From positions 186,001-250,000 of the forward strand of contig CAXHJY010001738.1 in NCBI GenBank assembly GCA_964016885.1: 64,000 bases of DNA, read 5' to 3'. Origin of the DNA: Eledone cirrhosa (taxonomy: Eukaryota). How positions within the stretch are numbered: the first letter of the stretch is position 1; the number at the start of each line of letters is the position of its first letter. The translations under genes and the position numbers were made by a program. Positions 44,900 to 60,718 of this stretch are shown piece by piece. Under the pieces are notes generated by a model that was not told where the DNA came from, made no database searches, and worked only from the letters and a program-made list of their open reading frames with translations.

Positions 44900-45063
44900 C
44901 TGCACGGGAGCCTCCCAAATGTCAGCTCGAGAGTGGCACAGGGGAGACTGAGGTTAGCTGGACATGCTCACGGAAATCCAGAGTTGACACTGCACTCAGT
45001 GCTCCTGTAGGAGCCCCTGCACACACACAAACGTACACACACGGAAGCACACACATAGACATA

Positions 45064-45102
<39 letters not shown>

Positions 45103-45162
45103 ATACATATACATACACATAGATACACACACTCAGACACACACACATTTACATATAGATAC

Positions 45163-45207
<45 letters not shown>

Positions 45208-45210
45208 TAT

Positions 45211-45256
<46 letters not shown>

Positions 45257-45299
45257 ATGTATATATCTATGTATATATGTATGTAAATATGTATGTATG

Positions 45300-45333
<34 letters not shown>

Positions 45334-45810
45334 TGTATGTATGTATGTATGTATGTATGTATGTATGTATGTATGTATGTATGTATGTGACTATAGTCGC
45401 TACCTTAAATTCACAGCTAAAGGCCTTCTAAATGTTTTTAAATAAACATACAGTATATTATTATATATACAATACATACATTACATACAATACATACATT
45501 CATATATACATCGCTATTTCAGAGCTCCAACAGAAATCTCTAATTGTTGCTGGGCAACCGCTCTGTATGTTAATGAGTTTAAATATCTCGTAAATATAAT
45601 TGGTATTCTATAATAATCTAGCTTCCACAGCTCACACCAAAAACAGAGGTGTATATAACCTTGATAACCGCTAAACAGCGATAAACGGGTCCGTTATTCC
45701 CCTTTTATGTAGCTATAGTGACTACCTTAAATTCCTAGCGAAAAGCCTTCAAAATGTTTTAAAACAAATATAGAGTATATTATCAAATACACAATACATA
45801 CATTCATATG

Positions 45811-45845
<35 letters not shown>

Positions 45846-45886
45846 TTTTAAACATATATATATATATATACACATATTTATTTATG

Positions 45887-45917
<31 letters not shown>

Positions 45918-46114
45918 CTTCAGGTCTTTACGAAGGTCCGACTTCTACACCGATCTCAAACTGTGGTGCGCCGCCCTCTCGACCACATCATCTTCTGTAT
46001 TCCCAATCTTCGCTCCCAGATACACGAAGTCCTCAACCAACTCTAGCGGCTTCCCGCCTACATTAGTAATCTTCTCTGGCTTCTTAATATGCTCTACCAG
46101 ATACTTCGTCTTAA

Positions 46115-46525
46115 TCTCGTTGCTGTAGTGGAGTCTGTGCTACTGTACGAGTTTGAGACTTGGACTCAGATGGTGGATGGGTGCTACACGAGAATGCTGA
46201 GGATGACTCTGAATATTAATCAGTATACACTGGGGATGAAGAACTCAGAGCTGTATGGGAGCCTCCCAAACGTCAGCTCGAGAGTAGCACAGAGGAGACT
46301 GAGGTTAGCTGGACATGCTCAGACATCCAGAGTTGACACTGCACTCAGTGCTCCTGTGGGAGACCCTAGATAGACACACTGGAAGAGAAGACTGAGGTAA
46401 CGTATGTTGATGCCCTAAGGACAGACACTGGTCTCTTGGAGACGCAGGACATAGCAGCGATGATGAGGGACAGAGACCGCTGGAGAGAACTCGTCCATGG
46501 ATCTCGGGAATTTTACCCGTGCCAG
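46115..46525 (+). mobile_element. RTE-type LINE 3' fragment (smaller piece at about 44905-45020)
   Basis: AVVESVLLY..ETWT..DGCYTRMLR..ELYGSLP..RRLRLAGH. Confidence 0.8.
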
Positions 46526-46643
46526 ATATATATATATATATCAGATAGGGTGTGGAAAAAACCAACTGGACCATAACCCTCCAGAGTTCGGATCTAGCTG
46601 TCGAAACGATCGGAGCTTAGCCGTCGGGGTCCTAAATCTTTTC

Positions 46644-46734
<91 letters not shown>

Positions 46735-46867
46735 TAAATATGTATATGATGCAACACTCATTCTTTGTTCCCTTTTACATATATATATATATATATAAAA
46801 ACAAATAACGAAACGAAATTAAATTTCGTTTCGTTTGTAACTCACTTTTGTATGACTGACGCTTAAA

Positions 46868-47303
<436 letters not shown>

Positions 47304-47304
47304 A

Positions 47305-47338
<34 letters not shown>

Positions 47339-47456
47339 ATCTTCAAGATGGCTGACTGAATATGCACGTGTTTTTGTTGTTGTTTTGTCTCCTTTTTTCC
47401 CCGTTCCTTCCTTTCTCACTTTCTATCTTTCTATTTTATCTTTATTTCTTATTCTC

Positions 47457-47492
47457 TCTTCTGATGAAGGAGTAATGTCTGAAACGTTAAGA
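47457..47492 (+). ncRNA. Minimal type I hammerhead
   Basis: TCTT-CTGATGA-AGG..TCT-GAAA-CG-TT-AAGA. Confidence 0.75.
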
Positions 47493-47582
47493 CTCTTCTC
47501 CTGTTATTTCAAGCATGAAACTAATATATTTCTTCAATGTACTGTGTCGTTTGCTTTTTAATTTCTGTTTACTTTTTACATA

Positions 47583-47667
<85 letters not shown>

Positions 47668-48131
47668 ATGTATGTGTGTGTTGTGTGTGTGTGTGTGTTG
47701 TGTGTGTGTTGTGTGTGTATACATACATACACATATAAACTAATATATTTCTTCATTGTACTGTGTCGTTTACTTTGTTATTTCTATCTACTTTTTACTC
47801 TCTCACACACACATACATACATACATACATACATACATACATACATACATACATACATACATACATACAGTAAAAATATGTAAAACATTCCAAAAATGTT
47901 GCATCTAATAACTGCATATACACATGTACAGATACAAAGCATATACACATGCACACATATAACTCAAAACACACACATACAACAACACCCATACCTGTAC
48001 ACACATGCATACATAATCTACATAGTTAATGTGTAAATTCCAATGAGAGAGTTTTGTAACTATGTTAGAAACCGACTCTCTCTCCATTGGTAAACATTTA
48101 TAAAAGTATTAAACCAGAACATACATACATA

Positions 48132-48420
48132 ATGATGGCTGCCCCCTCGTTATCGAATATGGCCATTGCACGTATAACATTATTAATAATTATTAATTAA
48201 TTCTATCGTGCAATGCCTGTGCGTGAAGATATTTTTTTAAGTGAGGAAAGACTGTGCACTGAGCCAATCCCACTCTCTGAGCGACAGTAGCTATAACCCG
48301 AAAAGAAGAAAATATCAACATCATCGATAACTACTGAGCCGCAGGTTTTATATCGGTTTATCTCAGTTTCCTGAGTTGCCTTCTCCTAGAAGAATGCCCT
48401 GACAAAGGCTAGGGGCCTTT
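48132..48420 (-). mobile_element. Diverged, internally deleted bipartite RTE derivative
   Basis: Reverse complement has TAGCCTTTGTCAGGGCATTCTTCTAGGAGAAGG at one end and TGGCCATATTCGATAACGAGGGGGCAGCCATC at the other. Confidence 0.7.
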
Positions 48421-48589
48421 CACTCCCAGTGGTTTAACCGCGCGATCGGGTATCCAGCCCGACTATTTCTATGTCCCCGCGCATATACATACACATGCAC
48501 CCATATATATACACATATACATACATACATACATACATACATACATACATACATACATACATACATACATACATACATACATACATACA

Positions 48590-48619
<30 letters not shown>

Positions 48620-48620
<1 letters not shown>

Positions 48621-49780
48621 TTCAGCGAGAAAGTCTCTCCGTGATATTATTCATCTTGTCATTAAACCCCTTGTCCTTTCTGCTCAAGAAATGCGAAGGA
48701 CACAGGAAGACAGAAATACGAACCTAAGCCATAATTTCTTTGTGGACGATCTGAAACTCTATGCCAAGAACATGGATGGAATGAAGAAAAATCTTGACCT
48801 GGTTACAACATTCTCAAAGGATATAGGAATGGAGTTTGGCCAAGATAAATGCTCATACATGACTGTAAAGCGGGGAAAAACAACAACCCAATCTAGCAAC
48901 ATTGTCATCAATGGCCTAACTGTTTCACCAATATCTGATGAGGACTGCTACAGATACCTGGGGATAGATGAGAACATATCCTATAATGGTATCTGTAATA
49001 AGGAACGCGTAACCAGGGAATACTACACCCTATTAAGAAAGATTTGGTCATCGGAGCTCTCTGCGCAAAACAAAACATTGGCTCACAATGTGTTTGCTGT
49101 GCCTGTCCTAACACCAACTTTTGGAATACTCAATTGGACGGTAGACGAAATCCGAACAGTTGATGTTAGAACTCGAAAAATACTAAACAACACCGGAAAC
49201 TTCCACATCAACAGTGACATAGACCACCTTTACTTGAAACGTAAGCAGGGAGGCAGAGGCCTAACATCAGTCCAAACAACATTTGAATGCTGCGTCATAT
49301 CCCCCCGACAACATCTACGAACCTCAAAGCATAGGAGCACGTCTCTTGAGCAAGTCTATCTGCACGAAACAGATGAGATCATGAGAGTTGGGAAGGAACT
49401 TCTTGAGAGATATACCCTGTGTGATAATCAAAAAGTCACACCCAGGGAAGTCGCTCAGCAGTATCGCAGTGAATCCATGGATGAAAAACTGCATGCTTAT
49501 CAGCAAAGAATTATGCATGGATATGTTTCCAGGAAGCTCCAGAGTGAGAGTAATATAGATAAGGAAAGTAGTCTATCTTGGACCAACAACCGCTATATTG
49601 GCTCCCACTTTGAAGGATACGCTTTTGCAATCCAAGAACAGGAAATCAACACGAAATACCTGATTCACAAAAGAGATAGGGATGCAGGCAAAACACCTAG
49701 ATGTGATAACAAGTGCAGACTCTGCAGAATTAACATCGAAGATGTCACCCATGTCATAAGCAGCTGTCCAAAGATGTCAT
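48620..49780 (+). mobile_element. R4/Dong-clade RT fragment
   Basis: FFVDDLKLYAK, GMEFGQDKC, YRYLG, GGRGL, CRLC..EDVTHVISSC. Confidence 0.9.
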
Positions 49781-49799
49781 ATTTTAGTTCTTAATGGCC

Positions 49800-50480
49800 A
49801 AACAAAGTTGATGTGAAATCTTGTTCGCACCATACGATGGTCAGATATATCAGGAGTGTTAAGAGCAGTGCTGTCTAATATGCTTAGTCTTGCTGAAGAT
49901 TTCTTGCTATTATAAAGTCTATTTGATTCTTAGTTATACTGTCTGCTGATATCCAAGTGAACAGGTTTTTCTTTTGAAATATTGTATTGCTGATCTGCAT
50001 ATTGTTCCTCGGCTAAAAGCTCATCTCTCAAGTTAAATGTACCTGTGATATATTTCCCAATACTTGATGGGAATGATTCGTTTAGTTGCCGAATTTTGCA
50101 GTTAAAGTCACCCATCAGAAAAAGGTGATCTTTCTTTGGTGTCTTATCTATAATGGCCTGTATGTTGTCATATAGCTCATTGATCTCTTCATCTGGATGT
50201 GTAGATGTGGGAAAGTAGCACAGGATAAGTACGAGTTTACAAAACTTACCTTTCAAGCTCAGAACAGCTAGTCTGTCTGATGTAGGTCGGTAGTTGTGTA
50301 CTAATGATGCATACGTTTTGTCCACCAAGAAACCCACTCCATTCATGCGACTAGTCACATTGTTTGACAGATAAATATGGTGTCCTGTATCTTGGTGTAC
50401 CTTTATTTTGTATTCGTTTGATTTAGTCTCTGATAGTCCGATAATATCCAGTTTTAATATGCAGATATTAAAGGTCTTTT
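49800..50480 (-). mobile_element. APE endonuclease fragment of an RTE-like LINE
   Basis: GLSETK, GVGFLV, YFPTS, MGDFNCK, SDHR. Confidence 0.8.
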
Positions 50481-50957
50481 TCTTTGTCTAATTGTTTCTT
50501 CTATTCATATAAATCAAACCAGTCCGAGGTTGCTGGTGTGATCCCCTAGTCATAGCTGTCACATCAGTCTGGGGCTGCTAGTGTGCCCTCTTGTTCACTC
50601 TTCGAGGGTCAGGATGTGGCCTCTTCTGTACAACGAATCTTTGAAGTGACTTTTTCATGTTAATTTTATAAGCCCACTCTTCCATGGTGGTTCTCGTCAT
50701 GTTGGAAGAGAGCGTTTGTAAGGTAACACAAAAACCAGTGTTTTAATCGTGACACCATCACTAGGTGGGCTGTCAACCAACACTCAGAGAGACTCCACCC
50801 ACCTTCATTAAGAGAGGCTATCCCACGTCAGACCTTAACTTGCTACTTTAACCTTCGCGGCATATACATATATGTATACATATATGTATACATATATGTA
50901 TACATATATGTATACATATATGTATATATATTTGTATACATATATGCACACAAAAAA

Positions 50958-51149
50958 GGTCAGGTTACTCTTGAGTGCTACTGGTAACATGTAACCCAGT
51001 ACAACCTGTCACATGGTCGGGTCGTCGGCAACTAAACCAGTAACCTTACCAAGGTTACTTGGTAAGCAGGGTGATTCTGGACACCCTGTAGGACAAACAA
51101 CAAAACTTAACAATGGGCGGAAGAACTCATAAGAGTCAACGGCCATCAA
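50958..51149 (+). mobile_element. Diverged 5' fragment of the bipartite RTE derivative
   Basis: Aligns with 14480-14670. Confidence 0.75.
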
Positions 51150-51255
51150 AAGTGTGTAAATATGTATATACTGTATGGGTGTGGGTGTGTGTAAGATTGA
51201 CTGCGCATTTGTTTGTGTACATGTATGTATATATTTGATTTTAAAAATGTTTGTT

Positions 51256-52473
<1,218 letters not shown>

Positions 52474-52868
52474 AAGGCGAAGTAGTTGTGTTAACGTCCT
52501 TTGTTGTTAAGGCTGTGATATATATTTCAATGGCGACAGTGGTGACGTTATTTTACAGAACCAATGCCGTGATCTCATCAGACAGCTTCTTACATAATGA
52601 GGTTACGTTCCCGAGGCAATCTAAACTAAAACTGACAAAGATAATGATTTGAATCCTTCGCCCGTTCCCAAACATTGTATCCTTGGTTTGATCAGATAAT
52701 ATCAACACTGGGAAGACCAATGGAAACATTCTTTCCTTGGTCAGGCCTGAGAATCGGCTCCTTTTACATGATTTATTTGTGAGTGGAGAAATTTATGTCT
52801 CTTCTGATCTTCCGTATCTCAATTGATTATTTTTTCATTTTCATGTTTCCATATTATTTGTCATGCAG

Positions 52869-53042
52869 TTCGTTCGGTCGGTTGTTTCGTGTGTACTTCC
52901 TTCAACTACAGTAATCCAGAATGTGAAGATCCATTCCAGAACAGGAACAACAGATTCTACCAATCGAAATGTTGGTCAAGCCATCGAAATAGAATTGGAG
53001 TCTTCCCTGCTACACAGTGTATCAAGATGGTGGCTACTGACT
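52869..53042 (+). CDS. Ly6/uPAR protein, coding exon 2
   Basis: Pyrimidine-rich tract and CAG acceptor; 174 nt, phase 1-1; encodes (V)RSVGCFVCTSFNYSNPECEDPF...KCW...PATQCIKMVATD; donor GTAAGT at 53043. CxxC...CxDPF is typical of protostome LU-domain N-termini. Confidence 0.9.
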
Positions 53043-53261
53043 GTAAGTAATACACATACACGCATACACATACACGCACATACACATACATACACATACA
53101 CATACACACATACACATACATACACATACATGCATGTACATACACACATATACACACATACACATACATACACACACACATACACACACACATACATACA
53201 CACACACATACACACACACATACATACATACATACATACATACATACATACATACATACAT

Positions 53262-53481
53262 GTGGCTGCCAACTCGTTTTCGAGTACGGCCACTACTTTA
53301 TATCCATGTAGGAGAACCCCTACCGATGCGCTGAACAAGTGTGACTTTTTAGTCCAGCCAGCGACTTGAAAACTCTGGTACAAACACTACACTTGTGACA
53401 ATTATTGACACATAGTGCTGGGCCCATGGTACCACGTGACGACAAGTGCAGAGAGATCTCCAGATATAAAGCAATGCCTGT
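53262..53481 (-). mobile_element. 5'-truncated bipartite RTE derivative with probable 36-bp TSD
   Basis: Reverse complement of about 14868-15088; 53015-53050 is duplicated at 53621-53656. Confidence 0.8.
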
Positions 53482-53683
53482 ACATACACACGTACATACA
53501 CACATACATACACACATACATATATACACACTCACACACATGCATACACATTCACACACATATATAAACATACATACACACATACACATACACACACACA
53601 AACACATACACATACACATGCAGTGTATCAAGATGGTGGCTACTGACTGTAAGTAACACACACACATGTATATATTTATATAT

Positions 53684-54920
53684 AATATTAAGGATACTAT
53701 TTATGGTTATGTATATATTAAAACTTTTTATAGTTATGTATATTTTAAACCCTAAACAGTGAAGGTCAGTAATTTATTACTACCTTATTACCAGTAAGAT
53801 AAATAGCTCAATGTAATAACATCAGTTGTTCTACAGAGCAGTTATATAGAATTCACAAGAATCAAAGCTGTGTTCAAAGCATTTATTCACTTACAATTGT
53901 TTCATCCAAACCTAGGCTTGGATCCTTCGGAGCATTTTTCAATGTTTGTACACATGATTGACCTCCTTTCCAACGCAAGAGACATACAGATACATATATA
54001 TATATTGATGTACAGTGGAGTGACATATATTATATTATATTATTTCTGTATAGCAATTCAAATTCAAAATCAAAATCACATTAAAACAAAATCAAAGCAA
54101 AATTAAAATACAATCGACAGTTAACATAGATAATGCAAGAGGATAGTTTGTTAGTCAGATGTAGTAGTTATTTTAGTTATTTTATGCGTTAGTTACACGT
54201 GGGGCATGCACGTGTGTCTCATTTATATATGATTATTGTGCGGCATGGTGTTACATGTAATAGAAGCACTTAAAGCGGGTAAGTAAGAGTATTATGGAGG
54301 TTGTAGTGGTAAGGTATTTTTTTGTATATGATACAGAAGTATAAAGGAGAAGCAAAAGAAAGTTATGGTTTTTGTATCCACAACCATTTTCACATTCAAG
54401 AAACGTAATATATAGTTTATACATCCTTCACATAATTAACGATGATTTCGCATTGGGCCGCAGCAAGCTAAAATAATTTAATTTAATGCATCAAACATCC
54501 AATGCGAAATCATCGTTAATTATGTGAAGGATGTATAAACTATATATTACGCTATACAGAAATATAATATAATATATGTCACTCCACTGTACATCAATAT
54601 ATACATATGTATCTGTATGTCTCTTGCGTTGGAAAGGAGGTCAATCATGTGTACAAACATTGAAAAATGCTCCGAAGACTCCAAGCCTAGGTTTGTATGA
54701 AACAATTGTAAGTGAATAAATGCTTTGAACACAGCTTTGATTCTTGTGAATTCTATATAACTGCTCTGTAGAACAACTGATGTTATAACATTGAGCTATT
54801 TATCTTACTGGTAATAAGGTAGTAATAAATTACTGACCTTCACTGTTTACGGTTTAAAATATATATAATTACAAAAAGTTATAGTATATACATAACCATA
54901 AATAGTATCCTTAATATTAT
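53684..54920. repeat. Nested inverted repeats (about 370 bp outer, about 48 bp inner), probably PLE-type non-coding termini
   Basis: 53684-54055 is approximately the reverse complement of 54550-54920; 54409-54456 is approximately the reverse complement of 54499-54546. Confidence 0.85.
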
Positions 54921-55850
54921 GGTGGAGGGTCTACCTCTTATGGGTCTACTGGGGAAGAAACGTCTAAGGTCATGACTGTCTGGGTAGTCAGTGTCGTAGG
55001 TAAGTCTAAGTAGGAGGCCCAGTTTGTCTGTGCCGACGTCGCAGAACTCCACCTCACTCTCAATGATCATCTCCACACATTTTTCCACAGCAAAATTAAT
55101 GGATGGGTACAGTGATACCACATCCATGCTGCCTATTATGCAGTTCGATAGGTTTTTGTTTTTGTTGCACTCACTGATTCTGCTGAGGAGGTCCTCTGTA
55201 CTGTCACATACATCTGGGGACATCTTGATAATGGGGCGTATAACCGTTGAGAGAAAGTAGGAGAACCTGTAGTTGCTAGCTATATTGGCTCCGCATACAG
55301 GTCTTGTTGGTGGTCCTGTTGTCGGGTCGTCGACTGTCTTATGGTCTTTGCGGAGCCCATACAAGGGTGGTATGCCATTGTTAGATGCCTGGAAGTTGTT
55401 GACAGTGCGTCTGCTTGGCTTTAAGATGTCGGTCCACATCATTATGTGAGCGTTGAGGATTTTCTCTCTCCCCTCATGCATTTGCTGTGCAATTTCGCTC
55501 GTGTTGGTGATGTGGGGTTGCATAGCCTTGATGTAGTTCGGCATGCTGTCTATTGACATCCTACCAGACTTATCCGTGGGTAGACATACTACCTCACCAT
55601 ACCTTGTGCGCTGCTCGAGGCTAACCAAGCCTTCTACAGGTTTCCTCCCAAGTTGTGGGACCTCTGTTTCTGCTCTGTCTCTTAGTATACCGGTCTACTA
55701 TTTGTCTAATCTTATTTCTAGCTATGGTGAACTGTGCCTCTCTCTTGTCATCTATTTGTTGTGGTATACAAACCCTTTTATTAAAGGGTAACCTCGTAGG
55801 ATAGATATTACCCATCTTATTTGTCAGCTGGATTGAAGAATAGTTTCTCT
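54921..55850 (-). mobile_element. PLE reverse transcriptase N-terminal fragment
   Basis: PTDKSG, PPLYGLRKDHK, TRPVCG, GSMDVVSLYPSI. Confidence 0.85.
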
Positions 55851-56044
55851 AAGGGGTTGTCATATCTATCGTCATAGTTGTGTGTGTTGTTATTATTGTT
55901 ATTATGGTGGTTGTTGTTGTTCCTATCATTAACATTATTATTATTGTTATGATTGCTAGATGTATTGTTGCTGTGATTGTTAGATGTATTGTTGTTGTTT
56001 TCTCCACCGTTATTGTTGTTGTTACTGTTATTTCTACATATAGA

Positions 56045-58440
56045 AGACTTGTTGGCTGATAAGAGGCGTGCTCTGTCACGCTACTTGACGGCAAAACCAC
56101 AGGAGAGGAATACGTTGCATGAGGAACTCAAGGATGTAAAATCACATGTTAGGCGGAGTCTTTCTCAGATGAAGGATCAGTGGTGGAGTGAGAAGGCTGG
56201 TGAGATACAAACTGCGTCGGATTTCAATAACACAAAGCTGTTGTACAGTCTCTTGCGTGAGATTTATGGACCGTCTTCTTCTCTGGTGACACCGCTTCGC
56301 AGCAAGGATGGCAAAGAACTTCTTCGTGACTCACAAGGAATTCTACGAAGGTGGTGAGAGCACTTTGATGATCTTTTGAATCAGCCGTCTGTCGTCAGTG
56401 AAGATTTCCTCAATCTCGTTCCAGAAAGTCCTGTGAAAGTAGCTCTCGCAGAACCTCCGACGCTTGTGGAGGTTGCAGTGGCTATTTCGAAGCTGAACAG
56501 TGGAAGATCTCCAGGTATGGATGGCATACATGCTGAGCTCCTACAATATGGTGGTGAGAGACTCCTGCAACATCTTCACTCTTTGTTTGGCAGGATATGG
56601 GCTAATGAATCCGTGCCTGAGGACTGGAGAGATGCAGTAATGGTGGTCTTGTACAAGGGAATGGGTAACAGGAATGATTGTGGGAACTACAGAGGTATAT
56701 CATTGCTTCCTGTCGTAGGGAATGTTTTATGTAGGGTGCTTCTGGACCGTCTGCTGACACACATTGCAGATTGTGTTCTTCCTGAAAGTCAATCTGGTTT
56801 TCGTGCTGGACGCGGCACTACTGATATGATCTTCTCAGCTAGACAGCCCCAGGAGAAGTGCATGGAACAAGGCTTGGATCTGTATCAGGTTTTTGTCGAT
56901 CTGACAAAAGCTTTCGATACTGTTAACAGAGATGCATTATGGAAGGTTCTCCAGAAACTTGGTTGCTCTGATAAGTTCCTTGCTTTAGTTAGGTCTTTTC
57001 ATGACGACATGAAGGCTTGGGTTAATGTCGGAGGTAACATGTCGGAGCCTATCTCAGTAAAAAATGGAGTGAAACAGGGGGATATTCCAGCACCGACCCT
57101 GTTTGCCATATACTTTGCAATGGTTTTATGTATTGCATTCAGGAATTGCGAGCATGGTGTTTACATCCGATATCCAACCTCAGGCAGCATATTTAACATC
57201 AGGCGCTTTGCTGCAAAGACAAAAGTATTTACATCAATCATAAGAGACCTCTTGTATGCAGATGATTGCGATCTTGTAGCGCACACAGAGAGTGATATGC
57301 AGCACATTTTGAATACATTTTCTGACGCTTGCACTGCCCTAGGATTGACTGTCAGTCTCAAGAAAACCGTCGTCAAGTACCAACCTGCCCCTGGTAAGCA
57401 GTACACTGAACCAAATATCTATGTGTATGGTAAACGACTTGGAGTGGTTGATCAGTTTGTCTACCTGGGAAGCACTGTCAATCGATACGGCAACCTTGAC
57501 AGTGAAATCTCACTTAGGATTAGGAAAGCAAGTGCGGAAAGCTAGAAAGGCGACTCTGGGGTCGGCGAGACATATGCAGGAGGACAAAGGTAAAGGTGTA
57601 CAGGGCATGTGTGCTCTCTTGTCTTCTTTATGCCTGCGAGACCTGGGTCACATATCGACACCACCTTAAGCAATTGGAGCGTTTCCATCAGATGTGTCTC
57701 AGACGGATCCATGGCGTTCACTGGAGGGACCACATCAGTGATGTCGAGATTTTGGAAAGCTCTATGTGTGACAGTATAGAAGCTCTTGTGCTTAAGCAAC
57801 GACTACTTTGGAGTGGTCACCTTGCCAGGATGAAGGATTCTAGAATACCAAAACAACTCTTTTATGGAGAGTTGATTAAAGGAAAACGATCGCCACATAA
57901 ACCAAAAAAGAAGTATAAGGATTCCTTGAAAGCCTCTCTGAAAAACACTAACATCTCTTGTGATACATGGGAGAATATTGCTGCTGATCGTAATAAATGG
58001 AGAAAGACTGTATATGAGGGAAAAGTTGCCTTTGAGGCATCTCGAATCGCATACGAGAAAGTAAAGCGGGATGTGAGGAAGGGCATTACTGTTGCATTTC
58101 CAGACGGCGAAGGTCTTCCTATGATGCTGACATGCAGCGTCTGTGCGAGACTCTGCCTAAGCAAAGCTGGACTCGAAAGTCATCTTTGCAGTCATAAAGT
58201 AAGACCAGTGGTTGACTACCACGCTGCTGTTGGAGATGCTACTCATCATGCTTGCCAAACATGTGGTAGAGAATGTAAATCAGCAGGAGGGCTCAAGCAA
58301 CATGCAAAAGTACACGAACTCCAACCACAGCCGACTATTCCCAGTGAATGTTTTGGTTGCCGACTCTGTGCAAGACATTTTAGATCATTGGCTGGGCTAA
58401 AAAGCCACATTCGATCGCAGCGCTGTTAGTTGCTATCGTG
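56045..58440 (+). mobile_element. RTE-clade LINE (5'-truncated) with three C-terminal C2H2 fingers
   Basis: NYRGISLL, QSGFR, FVDLTKAFDTV, GVKQG, LLYADD, YLGS; CSVC..H, CQTC..H, CRLC..H. The terminal 40 bp or so are displaced to 59077-59117. Confidence 0.92.
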
Positions 58441-58567
58441 TGTGTGTGTGTATAGATATGTTTATGTGTGTGCGTGTATGTGTATATATATATGTATATG
58501 TATATTATTATTGTTGTTATTATTATTGTTATTAATGTATATGTGTGTGTGTATATATGTGTGTGTG

Positions 58568-58647
<80 letters not shown>

Positions 58648-58654
<7 letters not shown>

Positions 58655-58957
58655 AGATCAAAAGATGGTTAAAGGAGTTCCATATATTTTATTATGCGCA
58701 TTTCAAAAACAAACATCATCAAACAATAATATTTGTGTTTTCATCAGATAAAACAGGAGAACATGATATGAAGGCTAAAAAACACTTGTTGATAGTGCAG
58801 TTTTAAATCAACATTTGAAATGCGCATAATAAAATATATGGAACTCCTTTAACCATCTTTTGATCTTATATTATGCATACTCCAGTCCCACAAACTGTAG
58901 AGTGCTTCTTATCCGATATCTGCATTGCTTTATTGTACTACAATAAAACTCACCTCC

Positions 58958-58962
<5 letters not shown>
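58648..58962. mobile_element. Family B terminal repeat with inverted copy and tail; HHR at 58687-58753 (-)
   Basis: TTTTAT-CTGATGA-AAA..TTT-GAAA-TGCGCA-TA-ATAAAA on the minus strand; 58814-58874 is an inverted copy of 58648-58708. Confidence 0.85.
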
Positions 58963-59022
<60 letters not shown>

Positions 59023-59153
59023 CTATTTTTTATTTTTATTTTATTTTTTATTTATTTATTAATTTTTTTTTTCTCCTCGTGCAATGGCCATACTCGATAA
59101 CGAGGGGGCAGCCATCATATATGTATATATATGTATATTATGTTTACTTCCAG

Positions 59154-59464
59154 ATGAGACTGGCTACCGTATAGTCGTACGCAACTGTGTAGTTGACAAC
59201 GGTGGGACAACCTCCGAATCCGAAATAGGAAGACAAAGTCACTGTGGTTGGGTTCGTACAATGAAATACAACAACAAGATGTATCATGGTTGTCTCTTGG
59301 CTTGTGATTACGATGGATGTAACTTAGCCAGACCTTTACACAAACCGGTGTCCATTTTCTACATTTCCCTTGTCCTATTTTGGTCCGTTTTCATATTCTA
59401 TACCGATTGGGATGGGTGTAGGTCATTGGTGATTGAAGGATTTAAAGAAAAGGGAGTTCATTAA
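59154..59464 (+). CDS. Ly6/uPAR protein, final coding exon (LU C-terminus, hydrophobic GPI/TM tail)
   Basis: TTCCAG acceptor; encodes (Y)[11 protein letters not shown]...HCGW...[12 protein letters not shown], then a hydrophobic stretch, stop TAA 59462-59464. With exon 2 this gives 10 Cys ending in CN; joined CDS is 549 nt. Confidence 0.9.
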
Positions 59465-59481
59465 AAGCTAATTCTTTAAAG

Positions 59482-59580
<99 letters not shown>

Positions 59581-59657
59581 CATATATACATACTCACACA
59601 TTCACATATACACACATACTTACATATATATATACATACATACACATACACACATAC

Positions 59658-59702
<45 letters not shown>

Positions 59703-59903
59703 CATATATATACATACATACATATACACATATATACACATACATATATATACATATACATATATATACATACACGCACATACACACATACACACATACA
59801 TACACCCACACATATATATATGTGTGTGTGTGTGTATATATACACATACATATATAAACGTACATACATACACACAAACAAATAAATATATATATATATA
59901 TAT

Positions 59904-59968
<65 letters not shown>

Positions 59969-60098
59969 CATATACATACACATACACAGACATACACATA
60001 TATATATACACACATACACATACACAGTGCATACATGAACATACAGTATATACATACATACACAAACAAATACACACATACATAATATAAATATAAGT

Positions 60099-60663
60099 AA
60101 CTAGCAGTGGTTCCTGGCGTTGCACGGGATGAGGTATTTTGGAACGCAGGCCGCCAACAGACCTAATCGTGGAAAAACTGCATGCGTGGACAATATGTAA
60201 AGAAAATAAACTGAATACTCTGATGGCTGGATAATCTTTAAGATTTTCCTCGATGAAGCAGGAAATATGCAGGTTTTCACCTAATGCGGGCCCTAGGGGA
60301 TCAAGAAAATGAATTCTTTTTTTATGTGCGTAATATGCCTTGAAATTTCGGGACGTAACGCCTCAAAAAAGCCCTAAAAAGCTGAAAAAATGAAGTTTTT
60401 CACCTAATACGGGCCCTATGCCATAAAAAAGTTGGATTCTCTTTGCTCACGGTGTGAAGAGACTGACTAATACATAGTTACAATTTCAAAGAAATCAATC
60501 TGACGTAACGACTCAAAAAGCCCTAAAAACCTGAAAAAAAACGCAGTTTTTCAACTAATACTAGGGGATCAAATTTTATGTTCATAACACTCCCTGAAAC
60601 ATAAGTAATACACATGTAAAGTTTGAAAAAAGTCGGTTGGGTACTTCTCGAGTTTTAGGGATT

Positions 60664-60718
<55 letters not shown>

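Noticed and set aside
58125-58429. Host C2H2 zinc-finger gene
   Set aside because: In frame with the RTE C-terminus and shared with its non-autonomous derivative.
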